From positions 1,116,001-1,180,000 of the forward strand of contig CM120640.1 of the NCBI GenBank assembly GCA_051362555.1: DNA of 64,000 nucleotides, in the 5' to 3' direction. The notes under the pieces were generated by a model that was not told the DNA's origin, made no database searches, and saw nothing but the letters and a program-made list of their open reading frames with translations. A program made the position numbers and the translations under genes. Origin of the DNA: Lingula anatina (taxonomy: Eukaryota > Animalia > Brachiopoda). Below, piece by piece: positions 25,048-35,108 of the stretch (the stretch's first letter is position 1; the number at the start of each line of letters is the position of its first letter).

Positions 25048-25715
25048 TTAGCTCCGAGAAGGCAGTTAATTATATTTTGTTTGCCTTTTGTTTGTCCGTG
25101 CCTAGCTTTACGCAAAAAGTAATTACGGATTCTGATGAATTTTTCTGGAAAGGTGACAAATGGGCCAAGGAAGAATTAAATGCTTCACTTTTGTTGATGA
25201 TCCCTTTAATTAATTTAAAAGCAATTAATTAAAGGGATAATAACTGTTCGTTTTGGCCAAAAAAAAAAAAATCCTGGAGTTAACAACAATTTTCCCATAC
25301 TTAGCAATGGATAATGAATCCATTTCTACATTCAATGTTTTTTTTTCTAAAACGCTTGTTTTTTGTAATAATCTCTTAAGAGATTATAACAGAGTATAGC
25401 TATCTGTGGAGGGTCCGTGGTCTGATGACAAGCTCAGATATCAGAATAATAGCTAGAACTGCCGTTTTTGTGGTAAAACAGAATATATTGTATTTCTATG
25501 AGTTGTTCACAATGTTTTTATTGTGAAATATAGATCTCATACGAAGAGTTATCACCCCTTTAATCAATTATGAACAGATTTTGATCAAATTTTCAGAATA
25601 GGTCACAAATGGACAAGGGAAGAAATATTTGATGATGATTAATTAATTAATTAATTTATCTATTTATTTATGGTAAATTACTAGTTAATTATTTCTTTGC
25701 GAAGGTTGCGTTTAG
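25048..25715 (+). mobile_element. Decayed Helentron-like non-autonomous element interrupted by a Kolobok-like MITE
   Basis: ttagctccgagaaggcag..tttgtttgtccg..caaaaagt..cggattctgatgaatttttc and a second similar internal unit after the MITE resemble common Helentron/HINE layouts. Recognised by resemblance only. Confidence 0.4.
25233..25559 (-). mobile_element. Kolobok-like MITE copy 2, inverted relative to copy 1, upstream of ALDH7A1
   Basis: Approximate reverse complement of 23682-24018. TTAA at 25229-25232 and 25560-25563. Confidence 0.85.
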
Positions 25716-26232
25716 TGTAAACCCAGTTTTCGCGTCCAAAGACGTCTAAAACACTGAATACATGTATGAACCGGTTTTATTACTGTCTCCCATTGAGCCT
25801 TAATAGCATCCTTGCGTGTGTTTTATAGTTCGTGCATTATCAAATAATTCAAATTTAAGATTCTATTCATTCAAAAGATCCTATTCTTAGAAAAAGGACG
25901 TCAGTCTGTGAAAGTGTTTCATTTGATCCATTAGCTGATTTTACAGAAATAAAACATGTTTGCACTATGAATAATCGTTGGACATTTTTGTGTGTAGTTG
26001 AAGAATATTAATCTTTTTAAAATATTGTTAAAATCAGTGTTGTTTTTTGCTGTCATAATATGTCGTTCATTTTATATCTGAAACACACATGGTGTTTATC
26101 TTCGAGCTCCGTATTCATCAAAAATAAGCAGAAATCCGCCTTTCTTCAATTCCCCCAAGGATGTGTTCCAGTATTTGTACAAGTTTCCCGTCGTTTAACT
26201 CTATTATTGACGCTGATAACCTGATATCAACG

Positions 26233-26396
26233 CAGAGGCGGATCAAGAGATATTTTGTGACAGTCTTCCAAATTATCTTTGTTGACCCATTCTCCATTTT
26301 TGACAGTCTTCTGAGAGAGGTATTAGATACTCGTCAATGTAAACTTGAAAATCTGACCCGAAGGAAGACCCAGAAGACGGCCTCAATCCGCCCCTG
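26233..26396 (+). mobile_element. MITE family A copy 2 (5-bp TSD CAACG)
   Basis: CAGAGGCGGATC...ATCCGCCCCTG flanked by caacg at 26228-26232 and 26397-26401. Confidence 0.85.
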
Positions 26397-26447
26397 CAAC
26401 GCCACTTCCATTTAAGCAAGGAATCGATTTAAGCTATCTGTTCTCAT

Positions 26448-26672
26448 CAGGGGCGGACTTAGGGGGGTGTCAGGGGGGTTCTGACCCCCCTTTCGATTTC
26501 TGACTAGCTGAATTTTGACTAGCTAAATCATAGTTCTAAACCGTTCCAAAAGGCACCAGTCTCTTCTAAAACACCAAAATTTTCCAGGGCCCGCTGAAGG
26601 GCACCGAACCCCACGCCAAGAGAGACAGAGAGAGAGAGAGAGCATCCGCGGATCCCCCCTTCAAATAATCCC
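26448..26672 (+). mobile_element. Truncated MITE with CAGGGGCGGA terminus (related to 34289-34405)
   Basis: Starts CAGGGGCGGACTTAGGGGGG and shares cccccttcaaataatcc with the 34289-34405 element. The right TIR is missing. Confidence 0.55.
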
Positions 26673-27053
26673 GTTCTAAGGTCAATCTCGTCAGGGCGAC
26701 AGGCCGACACGCTTTACACCGGCTTTACTTCGTGTTCTCCTCTCATCACAACCCCTTCCACCCCAGAGCTGGTATGTTGATGGGTTTTATAAACTGACCC
26801 TAGCTAACAGCTATTATTAAGTTGAAGATGAAAGTAGATCTCGCGTTTGGTGCAAGTACGAAATCATAAATGCAATTGTCCGTATATGGCTTCCATGTTC
26901 CATGTAATGTGATGCGTATCTTGTTGTGGGCTTTAGATATTTTAAAAATAAATTCCATTTTCTCGGAAACTTTCAATAGTGAATCGTCAAAAACCTCATT
27001 CTTCCTCTTGATTTTGCCTTCACCTCATTAATTTTAGATTCTCTCTCTCTCTC

Positions 27054-27085
<32 letters not shown>

Positions 27086-27323
27086 CATTAAATAAGTAGT
27101 CCAAATATGCAAATGTTGTATTCTTGTTGATGGCCACATTCTAGATCGCTATAGTCTCTATCCAGTTCTATAATTATATTTTCAGTTAAGATGAGGTAAC
27201 ATTGCACAACTATTAGCACCACAAAGGAATATTTTTGGCAAGTTGTGTCGGCATTTATCAAGAATTCCGACCGGATTTACACTCCCTTTTTGTATAGTCA
27301 CAAAATAATGCTAGGGATGTTTA

Positions 27324-27491
27324 CAGGGGCGGATTTAGGCCGTCTTCTGGGTCTTCTGATAGACGGTCAGATTTTCAAGTTTACATTGACGGATATCTAA
27401 TTTTTTCTCTCGGAAGACGGTCAAAAACAGAGGATGGATCAACAAAGAAAATTTGGAAGACGGCCAGAAAATAGCTCTGGATCCGCCCCTG
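27324..27491 (-). mobile_element. MITE family A copy 3 (5-bp TSD GTTTA)
   Basis: CAGGGGCGGAT...ATCCGCCCCTG in reverse orientation, flanked by gttta at 27319-27323 and 27492-27496. Confidence 0.85.
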
Positions 27492-28009
27492 GTTTAGCAC
27501 AGAAAATAACCGGTAAATTTCAGTGATAAAATTTCAGAATTTCGGAAATAGGTATTTTTGGTTGAAGTCAAGACATGTAACGGATTATTTTTTCTAATAT
27601 TATGTTACTGCTGTGTATGCCCATCTTGGCTCGGCATATTAAAGGCAATGACAGAGTGAAAATATGTTTTGCTAATGTGATTGTACAAGTTCATTTGTAC
27701 AATTGTAATAAATATTTTTGTTCTCTTTGCTCATGTTTAAATAAATTATCTATCTATCACATTGAAAACAGCAAGAGAGTGTGTGACGAAGATAGATGTC
27801 TTTTTTTCAGAAATACCAGGTGACACTTTGAATGTGCTTTATTCTGGCACGTTTCTTGCTCTGTAAATTTTAGATGAGGAACATTACGTAAGCATCAAGA
27901 GCTACACGGAATACACTAATTGTTAAACATAAGAGACCTGTATAAAACACAACTGTCAATCAAAGATAGCGTTTTCGTCTGCAGATTAGATGCCAGGACT
28001 ATGTAAGGC

Positions 28010-28325
28010 TATATTCGTGGTCTCCGCACGCATTTATCTGAGATATACGCTCCAAGTCTTTTGAATGATCCGCCGTTGATAATAAGACTTGCAAAAAGTA
28101 TTGAACCATTTAAAACATTGTTGACAACTTATTTCTTATGTTGTTTATAAAGCATGAATATTTCAAGATACTCGCTACTGTTTATCAATTGTGCTCCTTT
28201 TTTTAACATTTGGAGAAAAAAATCTTATGTTTACGCGCGCGGCTCCGTACGAATGGAATCAGTTACCATCAGGACTAGGAAATATAAGCCCATCAGATGA
28301 TTTTAAAAAAAATTGTGAACTTTTC
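28010..28325 (+). mobile_element. Two decayed L2/CR1-type LINE ORF2 3'-end fragments
   Basis: Translations APSLLNDPPLIIRLAKSIEPFKTLLTTYF and AAPYEWNQLPSGLGNISPSDDFKKKL*TF resemble the APxLWNxLPxxIR..S...FKxxLKT motif of L2/CR1 ORF2 ends. Confidence 0.55.
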
Positions 28326-28804
28326 TTTTTTTTTTTTTTTTTGAATTATGATTGAATATTTTATACTTTACAGGACAATAGAATTGGACACTTTTCACTT
28401 TCTTTCTTTAGTTTTCCATTTAAATTAACCCTTATTAACTTTGTATTTTATTTATAAAGTCTACGAACATGTATATATTTTTTGGATTTTTCGCTGGAAA
28501 TAAATAAATTATTATTATCTATTGTCGGTGCAATTTTATCATTTAAGTGTCAGTTAAAAATACATTTCATGTAAGGCCAATTAAGATTTTATGTAGTGCG
28601 CCATGAAAATATTTCATGTTATTCTTATTATTATCATAAATATCATGAAGCTGTATACATTGGAATTGCATCAATCAATAATGTACAGTATATCATGTTA
28701 GTTCTAAGTTTTAGGACACACATGGAAGAAAAATCAACCATTTAGAGTGAGAAATTAAGTGAAAGATGAATTTATCCATTTTATAGCGGTGGTATATAAG
28801 TATC

Positions 28805-28807
<3 letters not shown>

Positions 28808-28862
<55 letters not shown>
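28808..28862. repeat. (AG)n microsatellite
   Basis: Perfect AG dinucleotide run. Confidence 0.95.
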
Positions 28863-28867
<5 letters not shown>

Positions 28868-30113
28868 GTTCAACCGAGTTTTCGTGTTTAACAGTAAGAT
28901 TGAACAAAATCCCCATATTGGAAGATTCACTATTACCGTTAGCAAAAAATCATGAATGTAGACAAAAGCTAATATTTCATTTATTCCTTCATGATAATAA
29001 AACCTTTCCGGCTTATAGGGCGCTTTGTGTGCTCTACGAACGTTCTTGTTTTAAAATCGTGTATAATATGTATTGTGGCTGTGAATTTGCAAGTTATTAT
29101 ATTTTTGCTATAATATTTTCCAACGAAATCTTTTCAATTTAATAAAAAAAATTAAAAACTAAAGTTTCATTACCAAACTGACTGTTAAATCCATACAATT
29201 TTTACTATGTTACTAGCGCATGGAAGTAAGGAATGTTTTTTCAGCTTTTTCTACATTTTACACATTTGCCAAATTATTTCATTGGCCGATGTGTTTGTTC
29301 CTACATATAGCGGTAAAATTCCCGTACAAAAATCACTCAGAAGTGACTTTTCCTTTCTGCTTAAATCTATACCAAATTATTTTGTTTCTTAAACTTCACA
29401 TATGAATTTTAGGGAATTTAAGAATTTATTTTTTCCCATACATTCTGAATTTTTTTAAGAAAACAACATTCACGACGTTTTTTGTATTTTAAATTTTTAA
29501 ATTATTAAAATATTTGATTGGTTTGGAAAGTTACTCTCCATCATCTCATGCTTCAGAGCATCAATTTGTCTTTTTCCTGAAAGTTGATCAAAAATTCTAT
29601 TGTTTTGAACATTTGTCAGATCTTTCCATAATTTTAGCATAATAAGTCATCTACCATATTTCATATGAATCCACCCAGGCAGACTTCGGGCCTACGTTAT
29701 TTTGAAGCGAAGCAATGAACCCCTAGGTAATACTTAAAATGATGTACAGAGAAAAATCCCAAACACATTATGTTCAGTTTCAGAATTTATTGGTGTGTGT
29801 CTCCTTCCTAAAAATTGATCTACCAGCTATTGGGAATCAATCACTTCAGACACACCCCAAAATAAATATATTATACATAATCATAATAATATGATATATT
29901 GATTCCTTGATTTTAATAACATTGCACGTGATATCAGACCGATCAAGCTTTATATTTTGCGGTACACACAAAGCTTTTAATTACAAAGCTAATAGCTTAA
30001 CAATATAACAGCATCACTGTTCAAAATGTACTGAAGGTATTATTGTAAGAATACCTGAATTACGTACATTGTAGAATTAAATGGCTTGAGATATTGAGAC
30101 GCTGGTTAGAACG

Positions 30114-30631
30114 TTACGTAAAATTATATAGAGAGGTAAAACCACAGTTGCTTTCAAGCTCTGTCCTGAAACTGGCCTCTTGGCGGAATTTCTCTGTGTC
30201 ATCGTATTTCTCTACACGCAGAGTAAAGTTTGACTGGCGAATATAAAAATTTGACCGTGTCATTGCCTCGTATACGGTATATCCAGCGTGCCAGAAACCA
30301 ACAGTGGGCTTAAAACTAGCATGCCTTGCAAATCTATGATGGCGATCGACATGTGGTCTTTTCACCAACTTGAGCACCGAGTTCACGTTGCAGAGGAAAT
30401 AGTCGGGGTGGTCCTTGGACTCGAATGAGACTGTCGTCTGGTGTCCAGTTAAGCCCGGTAGAACGCGGAAGCAGCGAATGCCGAAGCCTTTTTTCAGAGT
30501 AGTAATTCCATCGTCATTAAACCCCCAGCTGTAGCCTGGCGACGCCAAAGATTTAAACACGAATACTGAAAGTGATAACAAGCTTTTTTTTTTTTACAAA
30601 AATAGAAACGCACTTAATGCAATAAATATGT

Positions 30632-30673
<42 letters not shown>

Positions 30674-31422
30674 AGTGTGTGTGTGTGTGTGTAACTTAAA
30701 ACTAAGCAAACATACAAGATTTTTTGGCATATTCACTTATTTTCCGATTAGCAAATGTATAAATCAGTTTCTCTGCTTTAATACTTATTGGTGTATAATC
30801 ACTGCGTCTAGTAAAGAGTCTAGTGAACTATCGTACCTCCTTCTATGAGTAGTTTGGATGCCAGGCCCAGGAAGACGACCAAATATACAAGCAATTTTCC
30901 AGTTGTCTTGCAAACCTGTTGAAATGACATCGAATATTCTGATTCACTTGATTACTGTGTAAAATTTATCGAATATAAAAACAATTTTTATGTAATTTTA
31001 AGACCACTGAATGAATTAACATATACAATCTTACATTCTAAAGTTCATAATATCCTTGCTTACAGAGAATTCATTTTACATATATCCACATGCTTGATCA
31101 GTGTTTCATCTGGCGTTTTTCAGATTTCAATACGACACAGCTTATGCTTCTAGTTGCACTTTCATTTTTCCTTTCAGGATCTGTGCTGGCAGTATCATAA
31201 GGCTCACATGACTGTATAATTACTACTTAATATCGAATAACTTATTTGGACTATGGTTATATCCTGATATTTCGTTCTTCTGTACAAGTCGGCCTTTTGA
31301 AAAATTCACAAAAAAGACTTCACCAAAACTGATATGCAATTGCTCCAACAAATCTTGTCCACATACATAATGTATATTTCTCTAAAGCTGAGTTTCTAAA
31401 ATTAAGTCAATAGACTTACCAT
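30114..31422 (-). CDS. Small secreted AbfB/CBM42-like (alpha-L-arabinofuranosidase B C-terminal beta-trefoil) domain protein
   Basis: ATG at 31420-31422 directly followed by gtaagt. Exon 30837-30915 (VCKTTGKLLVYLVVFLGLASKLLIEG, signal-like; an alternative in-frame ATG lies at about 30928-30930). Exon 30114-30565 contains FRVLPGLTGHQTTVSFESKDHPDYFL...FARHASF...FYIRQSNFTL...FRQEASF, the repeated PGL/VSFES/F..ASF motifs of AbfB domains. Confidence 0.78.
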
Positions 31423-31766
31423 TGTCACAGAACCGGTTGGTGTAAATCGTTGCTTAAAAACAAAAAATTTGTTGTTTTTATAGAAGCATAACGAGCATGC
31501 GTGCTTTCGGACTGACATCATGTAAATCTTTTCCAGCCCATAATTTGACAGATTCCTCTCGCCTTCGTAGAAGTGAACAATTCCTAAAAAAAGTTTTAAA
31601 TGAAACGGATGTCTGGAAAAAAGGTGAACATTACATGTTGTTATAATAATCATTGTGCTTTTTAAAGATAATCCGAACTCACTTGGCCTTTCAGTCCAGA
31701 CCTGAACATTTCAGAAACGACAGAGGAAGTTTCCGGTTTATCTTGTGTGAAAAAATCTTGTCTGTT

Positions 31767-31878
31767 ATCTGAAAGATGTACCCTATGCCTGCGAAGTGAA
31801 CGAGTGCGTCAAAAAATGTCCGGTGCCTCTAATCTGAAAGATGTACCCTTAGGCCTATACCTGCGAAGTAAACAAGTG
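31767..31878. repeat. Two-copy imperfect direct repeat near the 5' end of the AbfB-like gene
   Basis: atctgaaagatgtaccct...cctgcgaagt.aac.agtg occurs twice. Confidence 0.75.
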
Positions 31879-32857
31879 TACGAGGTTTCGCGTTGATGAA
31901 GAATCACATCGCTCAGTATATTGAGGTATTTATGTTACACACTTTCGCCTCTTTAAATGAATAAATATATTGATATGTTTTTAATATATGAGGTAAACAA
32001 AATTTCTCGCACTGCCAATAATTAGTTCTGCCCTCACCTAGTAAGGTCGTTGTTTAATAATGTCAGCGATTTTTGTCACTGATAACCATTATATTAAACT
32101 TATATATACTACACTAAGAACAAGTGCTCTTATGCCAAGACAGTTCCTTGATTTTATTAATAAAGAGGGAAGTAATGACTTTGTGTAATGGAACATCGCC
32201 ATCTGGGGCTCATATCTCCTGATAAAAAAAAATTAAAACCAAACGCTGCCGCCAGATGGTGGTTCACGCCCTGGTCGTCCAAAATGATCAATTTCCATGA
32301 GAATATTGTCTACTAAACAAAATAGAAAAGAGTTATCTGGCATTGTCCTGCTGGAGCAAGCGTAAGGTTGGGTATTGGCACGCCCCTTCCAGATCAGACA
32401 GCCGTGACATGATGTTAACATGAAATTCAGATTTCTAAACTTGGTTGTCTGGTTCCAGTGTCCACTAGCACAAAAGTTTGTGGTTAAAAATGTCTGAAAA
32501 TTTAATTATGGAACAATCAAGTGCACCAGGACGGTGTTTTGCCGCTGAAAACAGTGACCAGACTAACACGTGCATTTTGAAGCATTGTGGTCAAAACAAA
32601 AACTTTTTTATCTGCTATACATACTGGGTAGTTACAGAGTTGCGTCGGTAACAGATCACCATCTCCCATCAATTCACAAAGCAGCAAAATTGGAGATTGA
32701 CCACCATCAACAACAAAAAGAAAATTGTACTTAGAACGTTTATTTATTTATTACTTTTTGCATTAATATTAAGCGTCTGACATAAAAGAAACGGGGGAAA
32801 AGCTATTTTCCCAAACATAGGCCTACTAGGTTTTTATGATGTAGCTTACCGATACCT

Positions 32858-33660
32858 TTTAAGCGGTGCGAGCGCACCGAATGTCATTGTGTTCGTTGAA
32901 CTGATGTAATTTTTATATGTCACTTTGTTTTCCTCCTTAAAACACAAAGTGTACGGTTTCACAATTTTTAAGAAAAATTAGTACCCTGTTGAACCCTTGT
33001 GCGGGACGCTTGTCAACAATACGATATTTTCGTACGAATTATGTCAGAAAAAGGCGTCATTTATCAAAATACAAAGCAGCTTATTTAAAAAAAAGAAAGA
33101 AAACATTAAAAGGTCACGTCCTTCTACTGTGACGTCTTTTAACTGTACAAGTGTCGCTCATATAACCATGAACAACCGGTCTCGGAAGTCGAAGTGGGCG
33201 GGAAAGGGACTATTTTCTACCAGGGGCCAGCAGGGTGATGACGTCATTTTCGGAAATCTGTGCAAAAATACAGTTCAGGAATGTGCGCAGATAAATCTGT
33301 GAAAAGCAATATCTGTGTAAATACTATTCCTGTGACCCGTCATATCTTTTTTTTTTTCGCAAATTCTTTGCTCAGTATTTATACCATAGAAACGATTACC
33401 TTATCTTTATTATAATTTTTTTTAGTTTTTTACGGACGTCCTGCTACATACGGCTCACTTGAGACAGCTGGCGCCGTCTTTATGACGTTTTTTTTTTGTT
33501 TTACTTCCTGCTACATACAGCTTACTCGAGGTAGCTGACACCGTATTTATGGCGTTTATCTTTACTTCCTGCTATATACAGCTTACTTGAGGTAGCTGAC
33601 GCCGTGTTTATGACGTTTATATATATATATACAAAATGCCGCTTTGCAAATTGCATCACC
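32858..33660 (+). mobile_element. Possible Helentron-like non-autonomous element with an internal ~60-bp three-copy repeat (33435-33618)
   Basis: Starts aagcggtgcgagcgcaccg (short palindrome) and ends gccgctttgcaaattgca. The internal unit cttcctgctacatacagcttact.gaggtagctgac.ccgt.tttatg.cgttt occurs three times. Confidence 0.4.
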
Positions 33661-33860
33661 CCTTGGCGAGTAATTACTATAGCTACTGGAAATTGATGTC
33701 AACATCCAGCTAGCTTTCAAGTCATAAAAACTTCATCCTGATTTCAAAACTCAGTTTGAAGTATGCAGAAGTAAAAGTGAAATTTATACCACTGTTGACA
33801 TGTTGCACCTACAGATTACAATTGTTTGAAAAAAAAAACTTTCTTCTCTTCCTTTGCACA

Positions 33861-33866
33861 TTTATT
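33861..33866 (-). promoter_or_regulatory. Probable ACC polyadenylation signal (AATAAA)
   Basis: First AATAAA I noticed on the minus strand downstream of the ACC stop, followed by a U-rich tract. Implies a 3' UTR of about 1.25 kb. Confidence 0.5.
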
Positions 33867-34288
33867 GCACACGACATATAAATTACTGACGATATCAATG
33901 CAGAGATGCAGACATGAAGACAAAGAGTTAATCAGTTGGTTCAAATACCACTTAAGTCAACCAAGTGAAATCAATTCAGCTCTAAATATTAATAAATATT
34001 TGTTATAGCATGCAATCTGTGAAACAATATATTTTTTAACATCTTAAATGATGCAAATTTTTTGTTTTGCTCAGTTTCTGAACATCAATGAACTTGATTT
34101 GTGCTACAAAATATTACACATTCTTCTGTCTGATAGCATCATTGTCACATATTAACCTTAAAAATTCATTTATACACTGCCATATACAATTTAAGTCTCC
34201 TCCACACAGCAAATTATATTTCTACATCCTCCCAAAACTGCACATATTATAGTATACTTCCCATGTAGTGTCAAAACTGTGTCTTGTT

Positions 34289-34301
34289 CAGTGGCAGATT
34301 T

Positions 34302-34349
<48 letters not shown>

Positions 34350-34405
34350 GGAGGGGGGGGGCATCTGCAGACACCCCCCTTCAAATAATCCTGGATCCGC
34401 CCCTG
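34289..34405 (+). mobile_element. Short hAT-like MITE remnant with internal (GT)n(GA)n
   Basis: CAGTGGCAGATTTAGGG ... CCTGGATCCGCCCCTG termini. No clear TSD. Confidence 0.55.
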
Positions 34406-34728
34406 CTGATAAGTTAAGTTTCTGTGACCCGATACATTGATCACATGGTGGACATATATATAACTGTCCAATGGCACAATGGAATACAAGCCTGGTTAAT
34501 ACGCCCCCAAAACTGGGCAGATAAACTCTATCCTACATTACATTAAAGAGCTGCTTACACATCTGTACTCTGGCAATGAAGTTGTTTGAGAAATAAACTG
34601 AAGCACTTCAGAAAAATTATAGTTGTTAACTGCAATTTTGTTCACATTATTTCAATAACAGAAAATGATAAATATTCCATTTCATTTTTCTTTCCATGAA
34701 CAAGAAAGACGAAATGATATATCTTTAG

Positions 34729-34983
34729 AACCATTCCCAGACCCTATGGTACTAACTTTGGATCGATCTATCTCCAAGGGGATTCTCGCCAAATTGCAAT
34801 CAACTTAAGCAGCTTAGATGTCTGTCACACCTAATGAGGCTTCCAGGGGATAATTAATTATTGTTAAGCAGCTTCAGTAGGTGTGCCAGACATTTAAGGC
34901 GCTTAAGCTGAAGGCAATTTAGTAAGAAACCTCTTGGAGATGGATTGATCCTATTAGATCAATGTAGGCATGGGAACCCAGTC
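34729..34983. mobile_element. Palindromic foldback element, family B copy 1, in the ACC 3' UTR
   Basis: Arms gatcgatctatctccaaggggattctcgccaaattgc...tgtctgtcacaccta and taggtgtgccagaca...gcaatttagtaagaaacctcttggagatggattgatc. A diverged inverse copy lies at 48530-48777. Confidence 0.75.
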
Positions 34984-35108
34984 TTTAACACTATACAACA
35001 GCCAAATGGTCCATCCAGCCTAACAGTATAGTCCTAGTATTTCTCCACAGGCACAGGCAAAATAATTCAAAGAAGCCTAAGTCCAGTTTACTGTAACCAC
35101 TTTGTGGC

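Noticed and set aside
28759-29142. ORFs with (ER)n, (CV)n or (HT)n tracts (also 52366-52718)
   Set aside because: Microsatellite-derived open frames.
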